A stretch of 31,440 nt of DNA from Armatimonadota bacterium (GTDB lineage: Bacteria; Armatimonadota; Zipacnadia; Zipacnadales; JABUFB01): assembly GCA_018056145.1 (NCBI GenBank), contig JAGPGE010000001.1, positions 1 through 31,440 of the forward strand, given 5' to 3'. Shown here piece after piece: positions 8,259-17,612 of this stretch. The translations under genes and the position numbers were made by a program. Within the stretch, counting starts at the first letter, position 1, and each line of letters opens with the position of its first letter. The notes below the pieces were generated by a model, which searched no databases, was not told the DNA's origin, and was given only the letters and a program-made list of their open reading frames with translations.

Positions 8259-10184
8259 TCAGATGAATATCTTGTAGTTGCGTATGCCAAGGGCTGGCCC
8301 GATGATGGCCCAGATCGAGCCAAAGACGTAGTCGCCCAGGAGGAGCCCCAGGAAGAACCAGATCCCGTTCCGGTGAGCCTTCTGTCCCCCGTAGCGCAGG
8401 ATCACGGTCTTCACGAGCCAGCTTACGAAGAACGCGAACCAGAAGTAATCCATCGCGAAGGAGATGGCCAGCGCGTAGCCCGCCGGGTGAAGGGGAAGCC
8501 CGGTGTACCGGTACCTGAGCGACTTGAGGGCGAAGACGATCGCACCGCCGATGACCATGAACGCGATGGCCTTGTAGTCAGTCGGCTCCGGCGTCTGCAG
8601 CCAGCCCGCAAGCCGGTTATACGTCTCCCAGCCCACCCAGGATTTGAAGCCCTGGCATCGTGCGGAAGCCCCCTCGCGCATGGTAATGTGCAGGTTCGCC
8701 CAGTAACCGAGGACGATGGCCGCGACCGTTGCGATCATAATGGCCCGGGCCAGCCACTTGCGGTCCAGGTCCACGAACTCGCTCATCTTGAATGCTTCCA
8801 GTTGGCATGGCATGGGGTGGCAGCGATAGCCGCGGTTGAACCAGTAGGTTGCCGACAATGCCGTCAGATCTCGGATGGTGAAGGCGCCCACGCCCGCAAC
8901 CTGGACCATCACCCGGTGGGGGTTCACGAAGTAGATCTCATGAGGCGTGCCCAGCTCCGCGCGCACCCGAGTGATCGCCACCGAGAGCAGGTAGAAGATG
9001 GCGAAGAAACCGATGATTGTGCCCAGCGACATGCCTGCATAGCTGCAGAAGACGCCCAGGGCGACAAGCCCCACGGCAATGCCGATGAGCGCCGTACGGT
9101 AGCTCATTGGCTCGTCCGCGTCATTCAGGGTAGTCTTGTAGCCCATCACATGCCGCCAGACCTCAAGCAGGTGGGACTTGGTGGCGATGATTGCGATGAG
9201 CCCGAGGCCGATCCAGGCTCCCGCTGCCTGCTCGTTCAGGTACGGGAACCCCTTGACCAACTCCCAGCCCATGGTGGCGCCGAGGACCCGTTCCAGCTTG
9301 GATATGACGTAGAAGAACCAGCAGGAGAAACTCAGATCGGACGGCAGAAAGAAAGCCAGGCCGATAGCGAAGGGGTACATTCCCAGGCGCGTGGAGCCTG
9401 TTGCGTTCCAAGGACGGAACGGCCAGTGCTGCGACAGCTCGTAGAGCTTGATGTACTTGATCTCCGGGATTTGCGGCCAGATGGCTGAACAGCCGTTCAC
9501 CAGGTCGATCACAAAAGCGACGCCAAGCCCGGCCCACATGAGTCGGTTGCGGAAGAACCGGGCGGTTTCCTGGCCCCGTGTCAATTCCAGCGGCAGGACG
9601 ATCAGCGGGTAAGACAGCTTCTCGTGCTCCGTCCACGGCTTGCGCACCAGGACGTTGATGCACAGCATCACGAAGATCAGGACCAGCAGGAAGCCGCCCC
9701 AGGCGATGAGAGCAGGCAGGAACGGCCGGTACATCGCCGGGCTGAGCCAGCTCTCATCGCCCTCGTACAGGCCCCGGAGCGCAATCTCGTCGGAGACCGT
9801 CAGCCAGTCGGGCACATACTGCAGGAACAGGTCTTCCCACTTGTTCTCGGGAGTCGCGAACTGGAACGGATGCCCGATCACCCCGAACAGGTTCTGGACG
9901 AAATCGTGGCCCGCCAGCGTCTCGGAGATGACCACCATGAGATACGTCACGAGCAGTTCGGCCTGGTTGAAGGCCAGGCGCGGCCAGAGCCTCATCAGGA
10001 CAAGGTTGAGCACCGCGAGACAGAAGAGCAGGAAGACCGGGGTGATGAACAGAGGCAGGCAGGAGCCGTCCAGCGAGTACCATCGCACCTCGACGATGGT
10101 CACCCAGTAGACGTTCACGGCCATCAGGATCAGGCCGATCAGAACCGATCTGAGCGTGACGCCACGGCCGCGAGGCGACTGCAA
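8259..10184 (-). CDS. Polytopic membrane protein, DUF6785/DUF6784-like putative transporter
   Basis: 641 aa with many hydrophobic segments; TTG start with GGGAGG RBS 6 nt upstream. N-terminus GVTLRSVLIGLIL recalls OPT-family N-termini. Family name recalled, not searched. Confidence 0.75.
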   Translation of the reverse strand: MQSPRGRGVTLRSVLIGLILMAVNVYWVTIVEVRWYSLDGSCLPLFITPVFLLFCLAVLNLVLMRLWPRLAFNQAELLVTYLMVVISETLAGHDFVQNLFGVIGHPFQFATPENKWEDLFLQYVPDWLTVSDEIALRGLYEGDESWLSPAMYRPFLPALIAWGGFLLVLIFVMLCINVLVRKPWTEHEKLSYPLIVLPLELTRGQETARFFRNRLMWAGLGVAFVIDLVNGCSAIWPQIPEIKYIKLYELSQHWPFRPWNATGSTRLGMYPFAIGLAFFLPSDLSFSCWFFYVISKLERVLGATMGWELVKGFPYLNEQAAGAWIGLGLIAIIATKSHLLEVWRHVMGYKTTLNDADEPMSYRTALIGIAVGLVALGVFCSYAGMSLGTIIGFFAIFYLLSVAITRVRAELGTPHEIYFVNPHRVMVQVAGVGAFTIRDLTALSATYWFNRGYRCHPMPCQLEAFKMSEFVDLDRKWLARAIMIATVAAIVLGYWANLHITMREGASARCQGFKSWVGWETYNRLAGWLQTPEPTDYKAIAFMVIGGAIVFALKSLRYRYTGLPLHPAGYALAISFAMDYFWFAFFVSWLVKTVILRYGGQKAHRNGIWFFLGLLLGDYVFGSIWAIIGPALGIRNYKIFI

Positions 10185-10217
10185 ATCGACCCTCCCAGTG
10201 GGCGCGAAATACGGCCC

Positions 10218-10246
10218 ATTCTAAAGGCCCCCATAGACGGGGTCAA
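10218..10246 (-). promoter_or_regulatory. sigma70-type promoter of the membrane protein gene
   Basis: TTGACC-N17-TAGAAT. Confidence 0.75.
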
Positions 10247-10358
10247 GCGTGGAACTCCGCGGCAGGACATCGCGCTTCTGTTGGGGAAAGCCACTCCGTT
10301 CCGGATCCGCGTTCTCACTGAGGACCGGTGCAACAGGATTGGGCAGACGGAGGACCAG

Positions 10359-11387
10359 ATGACCCATCGCCAGCGCTTCATGGCTTGTCTTGCGCAGCAG
10401 CCCGCGGACCGCACGTCCGTCGGAAATGCAGTGTCGGTCGCGACTGTCGAGCTCATGGGACAGACCGGGTGCTGGTTCCCGGAGGCCCATCTGGATGCCC
10501 AGACTATGGCCGGTCTGGCTGCGGCAGGGCACCACATCCTTGGCTATGACACGATCGCTCCCGTCTTCTCCGTGCAGCAGGAGGCAGCGGCCCTCGGCTG
10601 TGAAGTGGACTGGGGGCGCCGGGACCTTATGCCCGACGTGGTCGGCAGACTATGTCGCACGGTCGAGGACATCCGAATACCCCTGGACCTGATCAGCCAT
10701 CCTGCCTGCCGGGTCGTCCTCGATGCTCTGCGGATTCTGCGGAGACAGTACCCTGACGTGGCGCTCATCGGAAAAGTGTTCGGGCCGTGGACGCTTGCAT
10801 ACCACCTCTTCGGCGTACAAGAGTTCCTGGTGATGACCATCGACGATCCGGCCCAGGTCGGCGCCATCCTGCGGCAGTTGCAGCCGGTCGCCGCTTTGTT
10901 CGCGACGGCCCAGTTCGATGCGGGGGCCGACGCGATCACGCTCGCCGATCACGCTACCGGCGACCTTGTATCCGGAGCGATGTACCGCGAAATGCTCTGG
11001 CCAATCCATTGCGAACTGGCCGCAGCCATCCCGGGACCGGTCATCCTCCACATCTGCGGCAATACGGCGGACAGGTTGGGCGCGATCTCGCACACGGGCT
11101 TCGCGTGTTTCCACTTCGACTCCAGAGTCCCCGCGCGGAGGGCCCGCGAGATCGTGGATGCGGAGGGCATGACCGACCACGGATCGCGCCGCATCACTCT
11201 CATGGGCAACATCAACAACCCGGATACGTTGCTGCGGGGCACACCTGAGGACGTGGCGCGGGAAGTGCGTGAATGCCTCGCGCAAGGCATAGAGATCATC
11301 GGCCCCGAATGCGCAGTGCCACTGACCACGCCAACTGCCAATCTGCAGGCGATCGTTTCTGCGGTCGAGCAGGCGCGGGGCGCCTGA
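10359..11387 (+). CDS. MtaA/CmuA family (UROD superfamily) methyltransferase
   Basis: True start ATG 10359 (GGAGG RBS). Motifs GKVFGPWTLA, ILHICG (HxC), LMGNI, IGPECAVP (distal Cys) match the MtaA-type Zn-ligand set. Confidence 0.85.
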   Translation: MTHRQRFMACLAQQPADRTSVGNAVSVATVELMGQTGCWFPEAHLDAQTMAGLAAAGHHILGYDTIAPVFSVQQEAAALGCEVDWGRRDLMPDVVGRLCRTVEDIRIPLDLISHPACRVVLDALRILRRQYPDVALIGKVFGPWTLAYHLFGVQEFLVMTIDDPAQVGAILRQLQPVAALFATAQFDAGADAITLADHATGDLVSGAMYREMLWPIHCELAAAIPGPVILHICGNTADRLGAISHTGFACFHFDSRVPARRAREIVDAEGMTDHGSRRITLMGNINNPDTLLRGTPEDVAREVRECLAQGIEIIGPECAVPLTTPTANLQAIVSAVEQARGA

Positions 11388-11534
11388 CGAGACAGCCGGA
11401 ATCGATCGCCCTTGCCCTTCAGCCTGTTGGGCCGAATGTGGTATTCTGAGAGCTGTCAGACGGAGCAGCCTGAGCATCGCGCCGGGTCCGGTGGTGCATT
11501 CCGCCGGGTCTGTTGGCGTCTGGGAGACTGACGC

Positions 11535-12338
11535 ATGCAGCCTGAAATACGTCTCATAGGGATCGATCTGGACGGAACCCTCGTAGTGGGTGCTCACCAG
11601 GTGTCGGAACGCAACATCCGCGCAATCAAGGCAGCAACGGCCAGGGGAGTGACGGTAGCCATCGCTACCGGCCGCCCTCACGTATCCGCGGAGACCTTCG
11701 TGGAGCGCCTCGGCCTGCACGGTGTGCCGATCATCTCCTTCAACGGAGCCGTCATCCGTGTTCCGGGTGACCCCGTGCCGCTCTACCAGCAGCCGGTTCC
11801 CGCTGACCTCGCCCGCGAAGTGGTGCGCTATTGCATCGACCGGCGCTACCATCTCCACTACTACCTCGGCGACACGATGTACGTCACCCGAGTGTCTCAT
11901 TGGGCACTACTGTACTACCGTCGCACCGGTCTGCCGCCCGTCCCGGCGGGGGATATGAGACGGTTTGACGGTGAGAGCCCTATCAAGCTCCTGATCTGCG
12001 TGCCCCCGGACGATGCCATGGATGTGCTTGGCGAGGCGAGCGCGGCCTTCGGCGATCGAGTGATGGTCACCCGTTCCATGCCGGAGTACATCGAGTTTCT
12101 GAGCCGCGACGCCGGAAAGGGAAATGCTCTGCGCTGGCTTGCGTCCCATCTCGGAATCCCGATGTCGCAGACAATGGGCATGGGGGATATGCTCAATGAT
12201 CTGCAGCTTGTCGAGATGGCGGGCTTTGGTGTGGCCATGCCGCATGCACAGGAGCCCGTAAAGACTGCCGCGCAGTACGTCTCCGACAGCGGCCCGGAGG
12301 GGGTCGCCGAAGCGATTGGGAAATTCGTCCTTGCCTAA
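11535..12338 (+). CDS. Cof-type HAD-IIB phosphatase
   Basis: IDLDGTL, IATGR, IISFNGA, GKGNAL, GDMLNDLQL motifs. Confidence 0.93.
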   Translation: MQPEIRLIGIDLDGTLVVGAHQVSERNIRAIKAATARGVTVAIATGRPHVSAETFVERLGLHGVPIISFNGAVIRVPGDPVPLYQQPVPADLAREVVRYCIDRRYHLHYYLGDTMYVTRVSHWALLYYRRTGLPPVPAGDMRRFDGESPIKLLICVPPDDAMDVLGEASAAFGDRVMVTRSMPEYIEFLSRDAGKGNALRWLASHLGIPMSQTMGMGDMLNDLQLVEMAGFGVAMPHAQEPVKTAAQYVSDSGPEGVAEAIGKFVLA

Positions 12339-12423
12339 CCCCGTTCCCCTGCGGGGCGGCAGCAGGGGCATTGAGAAACTGCTGTCCCGATGCAACCGAT
12401 ACTGTACTGGAGAGGATGCGCCA

Positions 12424-13812
12424 ATGCGCCGATACATGCTGCTCTTCCTCGCCTGCATCGCCATAGCGCAGCCTGCCGCCTACGCGCTTGACGTCACACA
12501 GTTCCGGCAGCTTGTCGCTCTGGGCGACCAGCTTGTGGGGGAGACCCTTGGTGAGAGCGCTGCCTGGCTGCCCACCGGGAAGGGGGTGGTCATTGGTGGC
12601 TGGGAACGCTGGCCCGACGTGCCGGCAATCATTGTCTGCGCGGAACCCGCAGCCAAGGTGAGCCTTGACAGCCCCGCCACGCCCCATTTCGCCGTGTCAC
12701 CCGACGGTGAAATGATCGCGTACTGGGTGGCGACCGGTAACGGCTGGTGCCAACTCGCGCTCACCGCGGTCAGAAACGGCGCCCGGCGGTATGTGGGCGA
12801 CCCTGTCAAAGCGGGCCCTGCCATGCACCTCGCTTGGCCGTCGCAGTACACTCTGGTTGCTCTGATGCAGGACGGCGAGGACTGCACCGCGGTCGCGATC
12901 AACACCGCGACAGGGGCGCGCCGGCCGATGGTGCAGGTTCGCGGTGGCCAGTGGGTGAGACTCAGGCAGTGGCTTGGATGGGATCCCGTGGCGGTCTGGG
13001 CCGGAAATGAGAAGCGGTGCTTCCGGTTGTCACTGACAGGCAGACCGGAGGAAGTCAGCCCGGACTTCGACGATGAGAGGCCGTCTCCTGATTCCGCGCT
13101 CTACTGCTTCTTCGATGCAGATGCATCGCTCTGGCTGGGGGGCTTGCCCTCTCTGGCGCCCGTCAGGCTGGCTCAGAGCGTTGGGGCGGCGTGCTGGTCC
13201 CCTGATGGAAGTCTTCTTGCCTACGCCGCAAACGCCGGGATGTGGTGTGCGTGGCCACCCACGCAGGAGCGTCGCCAGATTGTGGGCACCGTCCTGGACG
13301 GTGGCGGTCCCAACTCGCCCGTGCCTCTGGGCATGAGCTGGGCGCCGGATGGGAGCGAGATCCTCTATTGGCGGGCTGCAGGCCAGGCTGGGCAGGTCCG
13401 GCGGGTCCAACTCGGGCTGGAGGAGGTCACCATCCGCGTGCGCTACCCGAAGGATGCGCGCCCGCAACCGGGGCAGCAGGTGTGGGTCGCGAGCAAGCTG
13501 CACTTCGATTCATCGGGGCGCGTCAAGGAGCCCGTGTGGAAGACCCTCAAGGGCCAGTTCCTCGTGCGCAGGATCCTGCCTGGTGTCGACGGTGCGATCG
13601 CCGAGGCGGTCAGTATCGGGACGCAGGCACGGGTACTGAGCCGCATCTCAAAGCCGGGGCCCGAGGCCGCGCGCACCGCTTCACGAGCCGAACTCGACCC
13701 GCTCCCCGGCCTCTTTGCATGGGTCCAGGGCACACAGTGGGCCGGCGAACTCGTGGGCGTCGAAGTCCGGCGCGCACCACTGGGGGGCGGTCCGGGCGCC
13801 GACGGGCCCTGA
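12424..13812 (+). CDS. Secreted protein with TolB/WD40-like propeller repeats
   Basis: ATG 12424 with GGAGAGG RBS; signal-like MRRYMLLFLACIAIAQPAAYA; repeats AVSPDGEMIAY, CWSPDGSLLAY, SWAPDGSEILY. Confidence 0.75.
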   Translation: MRRYMLLFLACIAIAQPAAYALDVTQFRQLVALGDQLVGETLGESAAWLPTGKGVVIGGWERWPDVPAIIVCAEPAAKVSLDSPATPHFAVSPDGEMIAYWVATGNGWCQLALTAVRNGARRYVGDPVKAGPAMHLAWPSQYTLVALMQDGEDCTAVAINTATGARRPMVQVRGGQWVRLRQWLGWDPVAVWAGNEKRCFRLSLTGRPEEVSPDFDDERPSPDSALYCFFDADASLWLGGLPSLAPVRLAQSVGAACWSPDGSLLAYAANAGMWCAWPPTQERRQIVGTVLDGGGPNSPVPLGMSWAPDGSEILYWRAAGQAGQVRRVQLGLEEVTIRVRYPKDARPQPGQQVWVASKLHFDSSGRVKEPVWKTLKGQFLVRRILPGVDGAIAEAVSIGTQARVLSRISKPGPEAARTASRAELDPLPGLFAWVQGTQWAGELVGVEVRRAPLGGGPGADGP

Positions 13813-13877
13813 TGAATGCCAGGCAGCACCCAGGCGCCGGGACATCTCCAGTGCCGGCGATGACGAAGGAGTGCCAG

Positions 13878-14801
13878 GTGAAAGATCACGACATTCTCTG
13901 CATCGGTGACGTCAACGTCGATCTCATTCTGGCCGGGGTCACGCGCCTGCCCGATTTTGGCGAGGAAGTCCTGGCAGAGGCCATGGGAATGCACCTTGGT
14001 GGCTGCACCGCGAACGTTGCCACTTTCGCGGCGCGCCTCGGGCTGCAATCTGCTCTGCGGGCGAGGGTGGGTGAGGACGATTTCGGGACATTCGTGCTCG
14101 AAGGCCTCAACTCCAATGGCGTTTCCACCGCGCACATCATCCGGGATGGGTCGCTGCGCACCGGGCTGACGGTCTCAATTTCCGGGCCCCGCGACCGTGC
14201 CTTCGTCACATACCTGGGCACGATCGACTCGCTCACTGGCGCCGACGTCTCGGATGAACTCCTTCTGAAGGCCCGGCACGTGCATATCGGGAGCTACTTC
14301 CTGCAGAGCAAGCTGCGACCCGCTATCGTTGATATCTGCCTGCGGGCGCGCGAACTGGGGATCACGACATCCCTGGATACGGGGTATGATCCATCTCAGA
14401 AGTGGGATTCCGGGGTGCGCGAGGCGATCCGGGCAGTCGACTACTTCCTCCCGAACGAGGTGGAAGCCGCCGCGGTATCGGGCATCGACGATCCACTTAA
14501 GGCCGCTCGCGGCCTCGCCCGGGGGGGAACTACGGTCGCGCTCAAGCTGGGGGCGGCCGGGTCTTTCCTGGTCGGCCCAGAGGGCGAGTTCCGCTCCGAA
14601 GGCTTCCGCGTGGAGGTGGTCGATACCACGTGCTGCGGCGATGCTTTCAACGCGGGCTTCCTGGCGGCGATTCTGGCGGGCCTCGGCGGGTCTGATGCGC
14701 TGCGATGGGGAAACGCCGTGGGTGCCATCGTGGCGGGCGGTCAGGGCACATCCGCGCACAGGCTCAGTCGACCCGCGGTGGAGGAGCTCCTGTCGGGTTA
14801 G
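13878..14801 (+). CDS. PfkB-family carbohydrate kinase
   Basis: GTG start with AAGGAG; GGCTANVA, VGEDDFG, PNEVEA, VVDTTCCGDAFNAGF (PfkB signature, with CC where GA is common). Confidence 0.92.
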   Translation: MKDHDILCIGDVNVDLILAGVTRLPDFGEEVLAEAMGMHLGGCTANVATFAARLGLQSALRARVGEDDFGTFVLEGLNSNGVSTAHIIRDGSLRTGLTVSISGPRDRAFVTYLGTIDSLTGADVSDELLLKARHVHIGSYFLQSKLRPAIVDICLRARELGITTSLDTGYDPSQKWDSGVREAIRAVDYFLPNEVEAAAVSGIDDPLKAARGLARGGTTVALKLGAAGSFLVGPEGEFRSEGFRVEVVDTTCCGDAFNAGFLAAILAGLGGSDALRWGNAVGAIVAGGQGTSAHRLSRPAVEELLSG

Positions 14802-14812
14802 CCGTCGCGGAA

Positions 14813-15889
14813 CTACCGCGCCCGCAGCACCAGCCACAGACCGAGTGACCCGAAGATGATGTTCTGCGCCCAGGCGGCCACGATCGGGTTCAGGTCGCCC
14901 ACAAGACCGAATGCAAGTCCCCACGAGCGCACGCCGTTGTAGAGGAAGACCACCAAGATCGAGATGACGATCCCCACGAAGCTGCCCAGATGGGCGAACT
15001 GCATTCCCAGGGGTGCGGCGACCATCGCGAAAACCAGGCAGGCAACGGGCATGGAGTACCGGAACTGCAGCCGGACTTCCCACCTTTGCGGGTCCTGACC
15101 CGAAGAGCGCAGCAGGTCGACGCGCTCGCGGATCTCACGAGCGCTCATCTCGTAGTCCGTCCGCTGGTCGCTGTAGTACTCGTCGAGGGCGCTCCACAGG
15201 CTTATGGCCTCTGCTTCGAACGGCTCCCATGGCCCGAGTTCGCTCCCGCGAGCGCCTAGTCGCAGCCGGATACCCTCGCGCAGCATCCATTCATTGCCCT
15301 GGCGTTCGGCGCGCCGGGCCGCAGTGATGACCTTGGGGCTACCGTCGTCTCTCTGGTCAACAACCAGGACATTCTGTAACTGGTTGCTGACCACATCCAT
15401 ATGCCCAACGTAGATGATCTGCCCCTTTTCGTCGCGGAAGACCTGATCGCTTCGCGACTCCATGACAGGCTGGGTGCGGGTCATGGTGTTGAAGACCCTG
15501 GTGCCCCGGGTGTTGGCAGCGGGTACCAGGAACTCCTCGACCGCAAACGAGACAACGGTTGCCGCCATCGCGAGAGCCACAATCGAGACCCAGATGCGCC
15601 GCAAGCTCGCTCCTCCGGCGCGCATGGCAGTCGCCTCTCCGGCCCTCGCCATCTGCGTCGTCACCATGGCGGCGCCAACCAGAATGCCGACGGGGAGGGA
15701 CCAGGCGAATACACGGGGGAGGCGGAAGAGGAAGTACTGACCGATGAGAGCAGGCGGAACTCTGAGGCCGATCACCGTATCGCCGAGTTTGATTGCCGTC
15801 TCGGACAGCATGATGACCATGAAGACGGCGACGCCGATGAGCGTCGGCATGACCATCAGTCGCAGGACATAGCGGTCGATCAGACGCAT
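14813..15889 (-). CDS. LptF/LptG (YjgP/YjgQ) family permease
   Basis: MRLIDRYVLR start, GEATAMRAGGASLRRI, periplasmic beta-jellyroll region, RYSMPVACLVFAMVAAPLG, AAWAQNIIF. Confidence 0.92.
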   Translation of the reverse strand: MRLIDRYVLRLMVMPTLIGVAVFMVIMLSETAIKLGDTVIGLRVPPALIGQYFLFRLPRVFAWSLPVGILVGAAMVTTQMARAGEATAMRAGGASLRRIWVSIVALAMAATVVSFAVEEFLVPAANTRGTRVFNTMTRTQPVMESRSDQVFRDEKGQIIYVGHMDVVSNQLQNVLVVDQRDDGSPKVITAARRAERQGNEWMLREGIRLRLGARGSELGPWEPFEAEAISLWSALDEYYSDQRTDYEMSAREIRERVDLLRSSGQDPQRWEVRLQFRYSMPVACLVFAMVAAPLGMQFAHLGSFVGIVISILVVFLYNGVRSWGLAFGLVGDLNPIVAAWAQNIIFGSLGLWLVLRAR

Positions 15890-15949
15890 GGTGGGACTCG
15901 CTTGGTGGGGTGGACCGGGAATGGGTGGAAACCGGGCTCGCGACCCACG

Positions 15950-16351
15950 TCAGTCGGTCCAGGGACGGCCGTCCGCCGCCTCGAGAACCACGAATGCAAC
16001 GGCTTGCTCGCGTTCGTGAGAGAGCGACACATGAATGCGTGTCACACCGATGGACTCCGCCCAGCTCGCGGCGGTTCCCACGAGCCGCACAACCGGGCGC
16101 CCTCCAAACTCGTTGGTCACGTGGATGTCCAGGAAGCGCACACCGCACGCCCAGCCCGTCCCCAGTGCCTTCATGGTGGCTTCCTTGGCGGCGAAGCGCG
16201 CGGCCAGCCTCTCGGCCGACCCCGCTTTGCACCTGGCACGTTCCTGCTCCTCGGGCGTGAAGACGCGGTCGAGAAAACGGGCGCCATACTTCTCGGTCAT
16301 GTACTGCATACGCTTGACCGAGCAGATGTCTGTGCCAACACCAAGGATCAT
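15950..16351 (-). CDS. acpS: Holo-[acyl-carrier-protein] synthase
   Basis: MILGVGTDICSVKR, AARFAAKEATMKALGTG, GRPVV, HVSLSHE. Confidence 0.96.
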   Translation of the reverse strand: MILGVGTDICSVKRMQYMTEKYGARFLDRVFTPEEQERARCKAGSAERLAARFAAKEATMKALGTGWACGVRFLDIHVTNEFGGRPVVRLVGTAASWAESIGVTRIHVSLSHEREQAVAFVVLEAADGRPWTD

Positions 16352-16370
16352 CGAGTTCACCCTTGCGCAT

Positions 16371-17429
16371 TCACTCGTGGATCGTGACCCGAGTGCCGAT
16401 CGGTATGACTTCGTACAGCTCGATGATATCGGGGTTCGGCAGACGGACGCAGCCGCCCGATATCCTGCGTCCGATGGATGAAGGCTGGTTCGTTCCATGT
16501 ATCCCGATGGTCCAGCCGGTGACGCGCCCTCTGGCCGACGTGCCCATGAACCTTGCACCGAGCGGATTGCGGCTGCTACCGCCGGGGATGAACTCGCCCC
16601 AGTATGCGCGCCACCCGGGCCACACACACTTGTTCTGGATATGGAACCGGCCCACTGGCGTGTTCTCGCCCGCACCAGTGCACGCGCGGTAGTGTTTGGC
16701 CAACTCCCCGGCGTAGAACACCCGGACCCAGCGGTCTGAGCGGTCGATTTCTATGCTGAACGCCTGCGCCGGGATGAGGGCCCGGACCGTGGTGGCGCCG
16801 CGGGTCAGACACACCACGGAGCCCCCTCGTTCCTGGGTCAACTCCAGGCCCAGTGCTACTGCCGCGCTGCGAACCGGAACATACAGGTCGTGACCCTCCA
16901 CAAACGGTGGAGCGGGAAGGGTCAGGCTGTGCAGGTTTCGCCGAGCTGTACGTGAACCTGGCGCGAACTCGGTGACACCCTCAGACCCGGATACCAGGGC
17001 GGGTCCAGCACCGTCCCAGGTGAACTGATTGCCAAGGCTCGCGCAGAGGTCACGAAGGCTGACTGCTGCGGTCCCTTCGTGGACCCTGGCTGTCAGCAGC
17101 GGCCCGAGTTCGTCTCGGATGCGCTGGATCCGGGCGACCAGATCATTCCTGCCCAGTGTCTCATAAGCCGGAACATCGTCATACAGGGAAGCGCTCGCAG
17201 GCGCCACGACGCCTGCGTCGGGAACCAAGGCGGCGGTGTCGACGTAGGCCCAGAGCCTGGGCTTCGCAGCGGATGCCGGAGGACCAGTCGACCAGGTGTC
17301 GACGAACACAGAGGGCGTCAGTGACAAGCGCAGGTCGACGCCCCAGATGAGTACATAGAGTATCCCAGCTGTCGCAGCGAGGGGGATTGCGTTGCTCAGA
17401 CATTGGTGGCCTGAGTTGTGTCTTGGCAT
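16371..17429 (-). CDS. L,D-transpeptidase (YkuD domain) with N-terminal anchor and copper-amine-oxidase-N-like domain
   Basis: IEIDRSDRWV, IGIHGTNQPSSIGRRISGGCVRL (catalytic His and Cys), IGTRVTI; LYVPVRSAAVALG motif. Start placed downstream of the promoter at 17487-17515; exact start uncertain. Confidence 0.88.
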   Translation of the reverse strand: MPRHNSGHQCLSNAIPLAATAGILYVLIWGVDLRLSLTPSVFVDTWSTGPPASAAKPRLWAYVDTAALVPDAGVVAPASASLYDDVPAYETLGRNDLVARIQRIRDELGPLLTARVHEGTAAVSLRDLCASLGNQFTWDGAGPALVSGSEGVTEFAPGSRTARRNLHSLTLPAPPFVEGHDLYVPVRSAAVALGLELTQERGGSVVCLTRGATTVRALIPAQAFSIEIDRSDRWVRVFYAGELAKHYRACTGAGENTPVGRFHIQNKCVWPGWRAYWGEFIPGGSSRNPLGARFMGTSARGRVTGWTIGIHGTNQPSSIGRRISGGCVRLPNPDIIELYEVIPIGTRVTIHE

Positions 17430-17486
17430 GCGGTTGCCGGACGCTCTGATGGGGAGTACCTGCCGGGCCGACCCGTCACACGAATG

Positions 17487-17515
17487 AGTATACAGCCCGC
17501 TGACACCCGCGTAAA
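17487..17515 (-). promoter_or_regulatory. sigma70-type promoter of the ldt-acpS-lptF/G run
   Basis: TTTACG-N17-TATACT with extended TG. Confidence 0.7.
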
Positions 17516-17558
17516 GATGCCACGGGCGCCGGAGTCGCGACGCTCTGGCAGGCACCGA

Positions 17559-17586
17559 ACCGCCCGGGATGGCGCTCCCGGGCGGT
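17559..17586 (-). terminator. Hairpin downstream of the isomerase-like gene
   Basis: 11-bp perfect stem ACCGCCCGGGA/TCCCGGGCGGT with a 6-nt loop; weak U tract. Confidence 0.55.
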
Positions 17587-17612
17587 GCATCCCATAGCGT
17601 TCGAGGGTGACT

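Noticed and set aside
10228-10243. CCCC-N6-GGGG dyad in the promoter spacer as a MerR-type operator
   Set aside because: Only 4 perfect bp in GC-rich DNA, and the spacer is 17 nt rather than the 19 nt typical of MerR promoters.
9624-10358. N-terminal extension of the 587-aa ORF
   Set aside because: It overlaps the minus-strand membrane protein and its promoter; ATG 10359 with a GGAGG RBS gives a normal-sized MtaA-type protein.
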